Shown piece after piece: positions 7,158 through 15,935 of a stretch of 38,723 bases of DNA. The DNA is from Candidatus Aenigmatarchaeota archaeon (GTDB lineage Archaea; Aenigmatarchaeota; Aenigmatarchaeia; Aenigmatarchaeales; JACQIB01): NCBI GenBank assembly GCA_046760225.1, contig JBHIDR010000004.1:1-38723 (forward strand). The letters are read 5' to 3'. The notes beneath the pieces were generated by a model, which saw nothing but the letters and a program-made list of their open reading frames with translations, was not told where the DNA came from and ran no database searches. Position 1 is the first letter of the stretch; every line of letters starts with the position of its first letter. The translations under genes were made by a program, and so were the position numbers.

Positions 7158-8702
7158 TTAATAAATTTCTATTCCAGTCACACCGTCAATCTTGATTGCC
7201 CTGTCTGAGAAATGCACAGAGTAAACAGGGAAATAAAAGACATCGAAGCGGGTTATGTCTGTTGTTGGGTTCAGTGCCTTGAGAACCTCTCTCAGGGCCT
7301 GCTTTGTCACCCTTGGCTTCAGTGCCCTTCCTGGTGCCTGGATGTCCTTTGCAGGATAAGGCAGAGCATGTGTAACATTGGGCACTTTCAGCTTTGTCAT
7401 GGAGATATACTTCCTTGCCCTGCCCTCCTTTCCAGCATATGTTATGAGGTTCCTTGCCTGCAGGGCCTTGAGTATTTTCCTTATGCTGCTTTCCCTCAGC
7501 CTGAGCTTCATCTTGAGCTCAGCTACTGTTGTTCCCTTTGAGCGGGCAATCTCCAGCATTGCCCTTGCCTCGCTCTCGCCAAGGCCTATTAGCTGTGACA
7601 TTCCATTGCTCAGAACAAGGCCGTTCCTGACATCAGCCATTCTTCCGCCTATGCCGTCAATTATGAAGGAATATGTCCTGAAGCCCTTCTTTAGCAGGCC
7701 CTCTTCCCTCTTGACCTCAACATAAAACAATGGGTGCTGGGTAAGCTCTATTCCTGTAACATGCTCCTTTTCTCCAAAGACCTTGTATTTCCTTTTCCTC
7801 TTCATCTCAACTATTCTGTGTATCTTCTGCTTGTCAACCATTATCCTTATTGATGGGAGTGTTTTTGCAGGCTCTCTTTTCTCCTTCTCTTTGCCAAGGA
7901 GCGAGCTTATTTGTGCTATCCTGCCCTTCTGCTTTGGAACGAGCCTTGGTGTGAGGCCCTTGTGGTGAGTCTCCCTGGGGAAGCTCTTCATCTTTATTTT
8001 TTCCTTTGAGATGCTGCCCATCACAAAGAACTCACCTGCCTTTAGTTTTGGAAGGTCCTCAAGCTCTTTCCTGGTTGCAAAGAAAAGGTTAACTGCTTGC
8101 AGATCGTTCTCGGTTGTTAGCTTGCCTATGAACTGGTTCCCGCACTGGCTGAGCACGTTCTTGTTGACCAGCGCAGGCCTCTGTGTTGCAACCAGAATAC
8201 CAAGGCCCCGCTTTCTGCCGCGGCGGGATATCTCCTCTATTTTCTTTATGGAATCCTTTCCTTGCGGCACGAACTTGTCAGCTTCCTCTACTATCAGAAG
8301 AAACGGCTGCCTGAGCTTTGTCTCTGCCGCATACAGCGCCTTTGAGAACTCCTCAACAGCATTTCTTTCGTCCATCACATCAGAAACATCAAGAATAAGG
8401 GGTATGTTCTCCTTCACCACCTTTTCAGCCAGCTCCGAATAATTCACGCCTTCTATGTCCAGGTCAGCGCCCTCTCCTCCTGCCCAGAGTATATCAAATT
8501 TCTCTTTTAAGGAGAAGTATTCGCCTTCAGTGTCAATCAAGCAGAAGCCTATGTTGTTCTTGAGCATGTGCTCGCAGAGCACTGCTATCAGATAGCTCTT
8601 GCCTGCACCTGACTGCGCTATTACGCATGTCCTTCCTGTTACCAGCTCCTGGGCATCCAATGAGAAGTTCTTGGATATGTTGAGCTTTATGCTATTGTCC
8701 AT
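7158..8702 (-). CDS. HerA/DUF87-family P-loop ATPase with C-terminal winged-helix region
   Basis: Walker A AQSGAGKS, IDTEGEY, Walker B LLIVEEADKF, RRGRKRGLG..ATQRPA; wHTH-like GTTVAELKMKLRLRESSIRKILKALQARNLI. Start placed at ATG 8702. Confidence 0.85.
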   Translation of the reverse strand: MDNSIKLNISKNFSLDAQELVTGRTCVIAQSGAGKSYLIAVLCEHMLKNNIGFCLIDTEGEYFSLKEKFDILWAGGEGADLDIEGVNYSELAEKVVKENIPLILDVSDVMDERNAVEEFSKALYAAETKLRQPFLLIVEEADKFVPQGKDSIKKIEEISRRGRKRGLGILVATQRPALVNKNVLSQCGNQFIGKLTTENDLQAVNLFFATRKELEDLPKLKAGEFFVMGSISKEKIKMKSFPRETHHKGLTPRLVPKQKGRIAQISSLLGKEKEKREPAKTLPSIRIMVDKQKIHRIVEMKRKRKYKVFGEKEHVTGIELTQHPLFYVEVKREEGLLKKGFRTYSFIIDGIGGRMADVRNGLVLSNGMSQLIGLGESEARAMLEIARSKGTTVAELKMKLRLRESSIRKILKALQARNLITYAGKEGRARKYISMTKLKVPNVTHALPYPAKDIQAPGRALKPRVTKQALREVLKALNPTTDITRFDVFYFPVYSVHFSDRAIKIDGVTGIEIY

Positions 8703-8757
8703 AAAAACTTTATTCTGGGTTAAAATATATAAGCTCTTACCATAAACGTATTTACAA

Positions 8758-8844
8758 GGGCCCATAGTCTAGTGGTAGGACAATACCCTTACAGAGGCAT
8801 TAGGATAGGTATAGGTCCCAGTTCGATTCTGGGTGGGCCCACCA
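8758..8844 (+). tRNA. tRNA-Val(UAC) with 13-nt canonical 37/38 intron (8794-8806), encoded CCA
   Basis: GGGCCCA TA GTCT AGTGGTA GGAC A ATACC CTTACA|A GGTAT AGGT CCCAG TTCGATT CTGGG TGGGCCC ACCA; central helix CTTA/TAGG. Confidence 0.93.
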
Positions 8845-8848
8845 CTTA

Positions 8849-8975
8849 GGGCCCGTAGATCAATGGAAGATCGCAACCTTGGCATAGCGAAAGCGTCGAA
8901 GGTTGAGGTTCCGGGTTCGAGGCACTTCCCGAAGTGCACACGGACGGAAGTGAGAAATTCCCGGCGGGTCCACCA
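8849..8975 (+). tRNA. tRNA-Ala(GGC) with two introns (15 nt in anticodon loop, 38/39 favoured: 8886-8900; 37 nt at 59/60: 8922-8958), encoded CCA
   Basis: Acceptor GGGCCCG/CGGGTCC with G3:U70 Ala identity pair; anticodon stem CAACC/GGTTG; T-stem CCGGG/CCCGG; intron stem CACTTCC/GGAAGTG. Lies 4 nt after tRNA-Val (likely dicistronic). Confidence 0.9.
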
Positions 8976-9127
8976 TCCTGAAAATCGATAGTTTTAAGAA
9001 GTTCTAGCGAGATTTATTTCTAACAAAAACCCTTTAATGAAAAACTTAAAGAGGTACTTGGAAAATATGTTCAAAGGTTAAGGAAAATTGTTCTCAAGGA
9101 AAAGCTTAGCCAAAGTTCGGTGATTCT

Positions 9128-9556
9128 ATGTTTGGTCCTCACCTAATGCTCGACTGCTATGGTTGCAATGAAGAAATGATGAATGATGAGAAGGTAATTC
9201 TGGATTTCTTGAATGGTCTTGTGGACCACGTCAAGATGACCAAGATAGCAGAGCCGTTCATAATACAGTTCAAGGGAAACCCAAAGACATTTGACAACGG
9301 CGGTGTATCTGCAATGGTGATAATAGCAGAGAGCCATATCTCTATACACACCTTCCCTGGAAACGGAGGATACCTTAACATAGACATATTCTCCTGCAAG
9401 GACTTTGATGTGAAGGGCGCGATTGATTTCGTGACCAGTCACTTTGCTCCACAGAAGATTGAAAAAAGGCTCCTTTCAAGGGGCAGGCACTTTGCAAGAG
9501 AGGAGGTTGTACCTGTTCTCAACAAGCAGAGGAAAGATTTAAAGAAAAGGTACTAA
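9128..9556 (+). CDS. speD: S-adenosylmethionine decarboxylase proenzyme family (could be the arginine decarboxylase paralog)
   Basis: GPHLMLDCYGC, GGVSAMVIIAESHISIHTFP (pyruvoyl ES cleavage site), IDIFSCK. Confidence 0.85.
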   Translation: MFGPHLMLDCYGCNEEMMNDEKVILDFLNGLVDHVKMTKIAEPFIIQFKGNPKTFDNGGVSAMVIIAESHISIHTFPGNGGYLNIDIFSCKDFDVKGAIDFVTSHFAPQKIEKRLLSRGRHFAREEVVPVLNKQRKDLKKRY

Positions 9557-9565
9557 TTCTTTTCC

Positions 9566-10006
9566 ATGATAACCGAGAGGGTATATGACAAATGGATGGA
9601 AAAAACGCAGTGTAAGAAAATTGAAAAGATTCTGAATAAGGTAAGGCCAGAAGGCAGAATACTAGATGTTGGCTCTGGTCCTGGTTTTCTTGAAAGGTTC
9701 ATAGATGCTGTTGCAACTGATGTTGACCTGAAGAACCTAAGGGGAGTGGAAGGCCCAAAGGTGCTTTGCTCAGGTGATGCGCTTCCTTTCAAGGGCAAGT
9801 CATTTGACTGGGTGTTCTGCATAGACACTGTTCACAAGCTCAGGGATACAGATGAGCTGAAAAGAGTAGGAAAAAGACTGGTTGTCACAATGTTCTGCAA
9901 TGAGAGTAATGCAGAGGAAAGGATGGAAGAACTGGGAAAGATAGGTGATGGTGAGCTATTCCTTGTAAAGGCAGAAAGGGAATGGGACGCTGTGCTTGTT
10001 GTCTAA
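9566..10006 (+). CDS. small class I SAM-dependent methyltransferase
   Basis: ILDVGSGPG motif I; DALPFKGKSFDWVFC. Confidence 0.8.
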   Translation: MITERVYDKWMEKTQCKKIEKILNKVRPEGRILDVGSGPGFLERFIDAVATDVDLKNLRGVEGPKVLCSGDALPFKGKSFDWVFCIDTVHKLRDTDELKRVGKRLVVTMFCNESNAEERMEELGKIGDGELFLVKAEREWDAVLVV

Positions 10007-10356
10007 ATTCTGGTTAGCATTTTTGACCTTTCTTCATTCTCTGAACTCCATTTAGCCCCCTCAATTGTGTCCTTTTTGTACATCGGGCTATATTTAAGCA
10101 GTCTTGCTCTCTCAGCAAGATTCAGGGCATGTGAGTATATGTTGCTTATTTTCAGGTAATCAAGAAAATAATTATGCCCGCTGCATCCATTAACAAACTG
10201 TCTTTTCCTCATTTTCACTTCATTTCTTGCCAGGTCCACAAGGTCCTTGAGCGGAGCCTTTTCAACTGTTTCTTTATAATGCTCTCTAAAGGGCCTGTAC
10301 TCCTGCATAAGTCCTCTTAGCTTTTCAACACTTGATTTTTTGATTTTCCTTACCAT
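10003..10356 (-). CDS. hypothetical protein
   Basis: ORF downstream of the metallophosphoesterase; ATG 10356 preceded by SD-like GGGGA. Confidence 0.55.
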   Translation of the reverse strand: MVRKIKKSSVEKLRGLMQEYRPFREHYKETVEKAPLKDLVDLARNEVKMRKRQFVNGCSGHNYFLDYLKISNIYSHALNLAERARLLKYSPMYKKDTIEGAKWSSENEERSKMLTRI

Positions 10357-10382
10357 GCAATCCCCTAACATATTTACCACTA

Positions 10383-11120
10383 CTATAGCTTGTGGTACTC
10401 CACAATAGGACAGTCCTCGCCTGGCGCGTCTGTATCAATTATAGCGAAATTACCGTTAAAATATGCACCGGGATTTATTGTATGCGTCCTGCGCTTGAAA
10501 AGACGGAACTTCTCGCTGTTCCCTCCACTATAGCTTACAATGCCTTTTTCCGGGTCCTTGTAAGTATACTCAGGAGCATGGTCATGACCGCGAATCATCA
10601 TGCTGTATCCTTTCTTTTCCATGGCCTCGAAATTTTTGTAATGGTCTGCCTCGGACTCCAGCCTGTTCCATAAGTCAGCAGGCTTCCATACATAGGTCCC
10701 TTCATAGGCGCCGTGCATCACAACCACTTCATGATTAGAATCGTTCTCCAGGCTTAGTCTTATCCTTCGGGCAGCGTTTTCTATTTTTGACTTGCTGTCC
10801 AGCATTCCCTGCACATATTCGCGCACATCCCTGTTTTCAGGCTTTTCCCATTCTTCCCACATCATCTGCGAGTCTATGCCCTGTCTGGTCATGGTGCCTG
10901 AGAATATCTCTTCCCTGTTGATATGAGAGTAGTCGTGATTGCCTGGCACAACTGCCCATGGCATGTCTCCCTTTGTCTGCATCTCCAACATCTGGCGCGC
11001 TATGTGAGCCCTGTCAAAATCACCCAGGCATATGCCCTGGTCAATCTTTCGCGCCTTGAACTCAGCTTCTATCCTTCCCAGGTCAGAACCGTGAACATCC
11101 GTTATAATCCCGTATCTCAT
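10383..11120 (-). CDS. calcineurin-like metallophosphoesterase
   Basis: Motifs DVHG, LGD, GNHD, MHG, GHDH, INPGA. Confidence 0.88.
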   Translation of the reverse strand: MRYGIITDVHGSDLGRIEAEFKARKIDQGICLGDFDRAHIARQMLEMQTKGDMPWAVVPGNHDYSHINREEIFSGTMTRQGIDSQMMWEEWEKPENRDVREYVQGMLDSKSKIENAARRIRLSLENDSNHEVVVMHGAYEGTYVWKPADLWNRLESEADHYKNFEAMEKKGYSMMIRGHDHAPEYTYKDPEKGIVSYSGGNSEKFRLFKRRTHTINPGAYFNGNFAIIDTDAPGEDCPIVEYHKL

Positions 11121-11175
11121 ATATAATATTTACTACTTTCTGGTATATAAACTTAAGGAAGGATGATTTTACGGT

Positions 11176-12180
11176 TTATTCAGTTAATTTATACCTCAGC
11201 AGTGCAGCTATGCCGCCCATTGCAAGGAGGCGCTCTCCTGCAGGGTGCTCGCTTGATATAATCATCATTTTTCCCCTTGTCTTGTCAACCATTTCCATGA
11301 GCTCCTCGTTCTCCCTGACTTTCTTGTCGCTTATGAGCAGGGTCTGCACTGCACCTGCCTGGGCTGCCTTCTTTACCTCTTCCAGACCATATGCCATTTT
11401 GCCTTCCTTGCCCAGCTCTTCAAGGAACTTCTCAACAGCAGCTGTTTCCTCTGAGATCCTGGACTGTTTTGTTATCCTTTCAAGCACTTTTCTCTTTATT
11501 ACCTCGCTGAAGCCCAGTTCTCCTGTATGGCTGCAGCCCTCTATGACCATTTTTCTTGCCAGTTCAGGCTCCTTTTCCCTGATTTCCTTTGCCAGCTCAT
11601 CCTTGATAAAACCAGGCCCAGCTATCACCAGATGCCTTATCTCCCTTCTCTTCAAATCAGCTATTATCTCGCCAAAATACTCTGGTTTCCTGCTTTTTCC
11701 CTCTTTTTTTGCATGGCCCGGACCAAGCAAACGCAGCAGATGGCGCTTTCTTTCCCTTACAAGATAGAGGTCGTATTCAGATTCATCAAGTATGGCAACA
11801 TGAACAGGCTCTGTGGGCTTTGCAGCAGCCCTTATTTTGTCCACTTCCCATTTCTTCCACTCCTTTTCAACTGTAAGGAAGGTGCCCGGAGTGATGTCAA
11901 GTGTGTGCCAGCCATAGGAGATGTCCTCAGGCCCCTCGATTATCTTGCCCCCAAGCCTCAGGGACTCTGCCAACTCCACTTTCTCCACCTTTATCTTGAG
12001 TGTCATTGGCCTTTTCCCGACCTTTTCCTTCCTTTCCTCTCTTCTGACCTCCACGCTGCGCACTGTCCTTGCCTTGACAAGGGAGCCAGGGGTAATCATG
12101 TCGCTCAGTATCCAGAGGTCATCAGAAGACTCTGGCGTGATCCTGGCTATCCCGTGCTTGAGGTCAAAGGAAGATTTCAT
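11176..12180 (-). CDS. pelA: mRNA surveillance protein pelota
   Basis: PESSDDLWIL..PG..V.A.T.R, LRLGGKI, HTLDI, IAGPGFIK, AYGLEEV..A..GAVQTLLISD, GGIAALLRY. Start ATG 12180 or GTG 12189. Confidence 0.93.
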   Translation of the reverse strand: MKSSFDLKHGIARITPESSDDLWILSDMITPGSLVKARTVRSVEVRREERKEKVGKRPMTLKIKVEKVELAESLRLGGKIIEGPEDISYGWHTLDITPGTFLTVEKEWKKWEVDKIRAAAKPTEPVHVAILDESEYDLYLVRERKRHLLRLLGPGHAKKEGKSRKPEYFGEIIADLKRREIRHLVIAGPGFIKDELAKEIREKEPELARKMVIEGCSHTGELGFSEVIKRKVLERITKQSRISEETAAVEKFLEELGKEGKMAYGLEEVKKAAQAGAVQTLLISDKKVRENEELMEMVDKTRGKMMIISSEHPAGERLLAMGGIAALLRYKLTE

Positions 12181-12246
12181 ACCTATCACTTCTTCTTTTT
12201 TCCATAAATAGATAGATTTATAAGATTTACTATCTTAAGGTAATAT

Positions 12247-12984
12247 ATGCCAGAATTCCTACCCACACTCATTGCAGGGCTAGTGATTTTTCTTATAGCC
12301 GGGCTTGCAGTTGCGTTCCCGCAGCAGCCAGCAGGTGCAACAGGAGGCGTGATAACCCATACAGGCAACCATCTTGACTATTTTATTGTGGCAGACAGCG
12401 TTGTGCTGAGGACAAACGAGGTCCTGAAACTGAATGACACAGCAAGCGTGAACAGGACCCATAATCATTTTGCAAACTTTTACTTCAAGCCTGCATACAA
12501 CAGCACGCTCCTTAAGATAAAGGTGCACGAGACCAACAGCCAGGGCATGCTGATGGTGCTGGTCAACAGCAAGGTTGTATATGCCGGCTATGCCAAGGAT
12601 ATTGTGGAAGTGGAATTTGATGACGACATGCTTGGGAAGAAGAATGACCTGGAAGTAAAAGTGGGAAGCCCTGGATGGAGGTTCTGGGAGTCGCCTGAAT
12701 ACAGTGTTGGCATAGAAGTATATGGTTTGGTGAAGAAAGGGGCTGAAAAGGACTTCACCCTAAGCAATCCAAGGGACGCAAAACTTAAGATATTCCTTTT
12801 GGAAGAGCCAGAAGGCGAGCTGACAATAAAGCTGAATGGAAAGCAGCTCTTCAAAGGAAGCACAGGAGAATACATGGAGCTTGAGATAGGTGCAGGTGAA
12901 TTCAAGGAGCACAACAGGATGGAGCTCGTGCCATCCCATGACGGCTACTTCAACATAGACTATGCAGAAATAATATTCAAGTAA
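12247..12984 (+). CDS. N-terminally anchored beta-rich surface protein
   Basis: Hydrophobic N-terminus; two similar beta modules (GMLMVLVNSKVVYAG / GELTIKLNGKQLFKG). Confidence 0.7.
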   Translation: MPEFLPTLIAGLVIFLIAGLAVAFPQQPAGATGGVITHTGNHLDYFIVADSVVLRTNEVLKLNDTASVNRTHNHFANFYFKPAYNSTLLKIKVHETNSQGMLMVLVNSKVVYAGYAKDIVEVEFDDDMLGKKNDLEVKVGSPGWRFWESPEYSVGIEVYGLVKKGAEKDFTLSNPRDAKLKIFLLEEPEGELTIKLNGKQLFKGSTGEYMELEIGAGEFKEHNRMELVPSHDGYFNIDYAEIIFK

Positions 12985-13672
12985 TTGCAGGCTTTTTCTT
13001 TGCATGCTTCTTGTAGACCTTACCTACTTTCTCGGCTATCTTCTCCTCTGCTCTCCTTCCCAGTGTTGCTGACTTCTTGGCGTACTTGGCTGCTGTCTTT
13101 GGGCCACAACCGAAGCTGTAGATGAGCATGTAGTAGGTCTCCACAGCCTCCTTTATTTCCTTTTTCGGGCATTCCTCCTTCATCATGCCCCTGACAAGCT
13201 TTGTCTCGTATCCCTCGACTTTCCTCATTACAGGCAGGTTCTCAACTGTCGTTTCCAGCCTCTTCTCGAGCTGCTCATATGCTTTTTTTGAGCGTATTTC
13301 AAGATCAGTTGCAATTCCTGTTTTCTCAGGCATTTTTGAATAGAAACCACCTATTTTCTTGTTGCCCAGCCATGCGAATGCCTCTCCCAGGCGCACTACT
13401 TTCACTAAAAGGCGCTCTTTCTCAGGATCAGACACCTCTTCTCCCCTATCCTCCCTCCTTGCATACCTGTCGAGGTCCTTCTTGAACTTGTGAAGGGATT
13501 TTCCTATTGTCTGGAGAGCAGGATTTTTTCTATAGAGCTTGCTCTTTTCTATCTTGTTTATGAGATTTCCTGTTGCCTTTGCATAGCCCCCTATGTCATT
13601 GGGCTTTCCTGGAGAGAATTTAATCTTTTCAATCTCCTTTTTTGCCTCGTATATTGCCTTTCCCTCATCCAT
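12977..13672 (-). CDS. hypothetical helical Lys/Glu-rich protein
   Basis: 231-aa ORF, divergent from 13756 across an AT-rich gap. Confidence 0.65.
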   Translation of the reverse strand: MDEGKAIYEAKKEIEKIKFSPGKPNDIGGYAKATGNLINKIEKSKLYRKNPALQTIGKSLHKFKKDLDRYARREDRGEEVSDPEKERLLVKVVRLGEAFAWLGNKKIGGFYSKMPEKTGIATDLEIRSKKAYEQLEKRLETTVENLPVMRKVEGYETKLVRGMMKEECPKKEIKEAVETYYMLIYSFGCGPKTAAKYAKKSATLGRRAEEKIAEKVGKVYKKHAKKKPAIT

Positions 13673-13755
13673 AAAAACAATTACGCTTTAAACTATAAAA
13701 AAGTGAAAACATACACTTATATACTACCGAAACGTAATTATAAGTAGGTGGTTAA

Positions 13756-14412
13756 ATGTTCGGTAGAAAAAATAATGAAGAGAGTGGTCTTGAGAAGCTC
13801 AAGAGAATGTTCTACGAGAGGTTCGGAAAATGGGGAAGATATGAGAGAGCTGCACAGAGAGCACTTACAGAACAGTATGAAAAAGACCCTACTGGACAGA
13901 TGGTGACGCCTGACAGCGACTCTTCTGGATTTGGATTTGCATTCAGGAACGAGCCGTATGAGGTACAGGAAAGGCTCGACAGGAACCTGCAGAACTATGA
14001 CAGGGCTGCATTCCAGGCAAACATAGGAAGCCCGAGTGCGCCTGATACCCTGAGAAAGGCAGAGCATGACTATGTGAGGGACAGGAACTTTGTTAAGAAC
14101 CATATGGGACCTGCTGACAGGGCTGTGAGGGAAGACCTTGGAAAGGCAAGGCAGAGGCTTGGAATGGGACCTGTTGACCTTACAAAGGTAAATGCAGAGG
14201 AGCTTGCAAGGAACTGGGGCCAGAACATGAGGAAAGAGAGCCCGGAGGAATATACTGCAAGAAGGACAGAGGAAATACAGAGCAGGGTGCCTGCTGGTCA
14301 GACAAGCATAATCCAACAGGTGTGTCAGGAAAGGGCAAAAAGGGAAATAGCAGCACTTCCTCAGCAATACAAGATGAACAAGGACGTGAGAACAGTTCCT
14401 GAGGCGGCTTAA
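13756..14412 (+). CDS. hypothetical protein
   Basis: 218-aa ORF with GGTGG SD and core-like codon usage. Confidence 0.7.
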   Translation: MFGRKNNEESGLEKLKRMFYERFGKWGRYERAAQRALTEQYEKDPTGQMVTPDSDSSGFGFAFRNEPYEVQERLDRNLQNYDRAAFQANIGSPSAPDTLRKAEHDYVRDRNFVKNHMGPADRAVREDLGKARQRLGMGPVDLTKVNAEELARNWGQNMRKESPEEYTARRTEEIQSRVPAGQTSIIQQVCQERAKREIAALPQQYKMNKDVRTVPEAA

Positions 14413-14476
14413 GTTTGAGGATGCTGGCATGAAGCCAGCTCTCTAAATTTTTATCTATATCAGACCTAGTTATATT

Positions 14477-15274
14477 ATGGCACCTGAAAGAGCAGAAATA
14501 CATATCATAGGAGAAATGCACCTTGTGGACGCAGTAATGTTCTTTTTGCATGCGCTGATTGCAAAATCATATCCAGGAACAGTGAAAAAAATATTTCTTC
14601 CCAAACTGGGAAGAAGAAAGACACTGCAAATAATAGACCTGGCAAACAAAATTGATTTGCCTATATATGACCAACTGGTTCTTGATGCATGGAAAGTCTT
14701 TAGACAAGAATACCAAAAAGTAAAGAGCTTAAATCCTGATTTAATCTTGGTAGAAAGACCCCAGGAACTTGAACATTTCTGCGAAAGCTTCAACAGAGGG
14801 AGGATCTCAGCTGAAGACCTGGTTGAGGAGCTTTACAGCATCCGCGAGGGCGCGGAAGCAATCAAGGAGAAATACGGTCCCCTGCTTGCCAACATACTTC
14901 AAAGCGAGACGCGTTTTAACAATATAGGGCTAATTTTCAAGGCATTCAAAAAGAAGATGATGGAAATGTTCAGCAAGGAAGGTGTGCGTGTACATTGCAT
15001 AGACATTCCTAAAAGGGACGAAAGAATAAAGGAATTGGCAACTGAAAGCCAGATAAGGGCATTCAGGGCAGAAAGAGAATCATATATGGCTGCCAGGACA
15101 AATGATATAATACGCATGGAAAGACCCAGGGTTGTTGTAATAATAACCGGCAAGATGCACGAGGAAAGGATAGAGGAAAACCTTGAAAAACACTTTGGAT
15201 ACAGGGACGAGGATGTGGTTGTGGAAGCCATAGAATTCAGTGGCATGTTAAAAAAAGCATTGGGTATTGTGTGA
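14477..15274 (+). CDS. putative Tiki/TraB/ChaN(EreA)-superfamily protein
   Basis: HIIGEMH, LILVE, RESYMA and VVIITGKMH match the GExH / E / R..M / GxxH pattern. Confidence 0.55.
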   Translation: MAPERAEIHIIGEMHLVDAVMFFLHALIAKSYPGTVKKIFLPKLGRRKTLQIIDLANKIDLPIYDQLVLDAWKVFRQEYQKVKSLNPDLILVERPQELEHFCESFNRGRISAEDLVEELYSIREGAEAIKEKYGPLLANILQSETRFNNIGLIFKAFKKKMMEMFSKEGVRVHCIDIPKRDERIKELATESQIRAFRAERESYMAARTNDIIRMERPRVVVIITGKMHEERIEENLEKHFGYRDEDVVVEAIEFSGMLKKALGIV

Positions 15275-15278
15275 TAAT

Positions 15279-15482
15279 ATGGAAGAAGCTGTTGGGCCCC
15301 CGTGCCCGAAATGCGGGAGACCGACAACAATGGTTGTTGAGCAGGACGGCACCAGAGCAGTCAGAAGATGCAGCGGCTGCATGAAGGCTGTTGAGGCATG
15401 CACATGCATCCCTGAAATAAGGATGGCTGCCAAGGAGCCTGTTGAAACACCGGAAGTTGAAGGAGCTCCTCCTGGACCATAA
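15279..15482 (+). CDS. small zinc-ribbon protein
   Basis: CPKC...CSGC..CTC; GTGA SD before ATG 15279. Confidence 0.6.
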   Translation: MEEAVGPPCPKCGRPTTMVVEQDGTRAVRRCSGCMKAVEACTCIPEIRMAAKEPVETPEVEGAPPGP

Positions 15483-15530
15483 CAATAAATTAAAATAGAT
15501 AGGAAATCAATTTAGAAGAGAGGTAGTTTA

Positions 15531-15926
15531 ATGTCGCTCATAGGGGATGTTGGAAAGGAACTGAAGGAGGACGTTGGAGAAGTCGCAGTATTGCTGGGCA
15601 TATTTATTGCAGGTCTCATAGTCATGACACTCGGGTTTTTCTGGGGAGGCTTTGCTATAGTTCTCTATGCCATCTACAGGTTCCTGCCTGATGAGGGAGA
15701 TGTGGTCAGTCATGCCAAAGAAGCCATGGAAGAAGAGGAGAGGTTAAAGGGCACTACAAAGAAGCGCTTAAGAAAGAGGGCAAAGGAGTTTTTCATGGAA
15801 GGAAAAGGAGGAGCTGCCCTGGAAATACTGGACAAAGCTGGTTTTACAGCAGAAGAAGTTGAAAAAATACTTGATGAATGGAAAGCAGAAAGGAAGGAAA
15901 AAAGAGAGGAAGCATTCAGAATTTGA
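15531..15926 (+). CDS. membrane protein (2 TM plus charged tail)
   Basis: GAGGT SD; hydrophobic hairpin then Glu/Lys-rich helix. Confidence 0.7.
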   Translation: MSLIGDVGKELKEDVGEVAVLLGIFIAGLIVMTLGFFWGGFAIVLYAIYRFLPDEGDVVSHAKEAMEEEERLKGTTKKRLRKRAKEFFMEGKGGAALEILDKAGFTAEEVEKILDEWKAERKEKREEAFRI

Positions 15927-15935
15927 GCTGATTTC

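Noticed and set aside
8922..8958. Nested intron within the tRNA-Ala T-loop intron
   Set aside because: Tested registers gave no clean 4-bp central helix.
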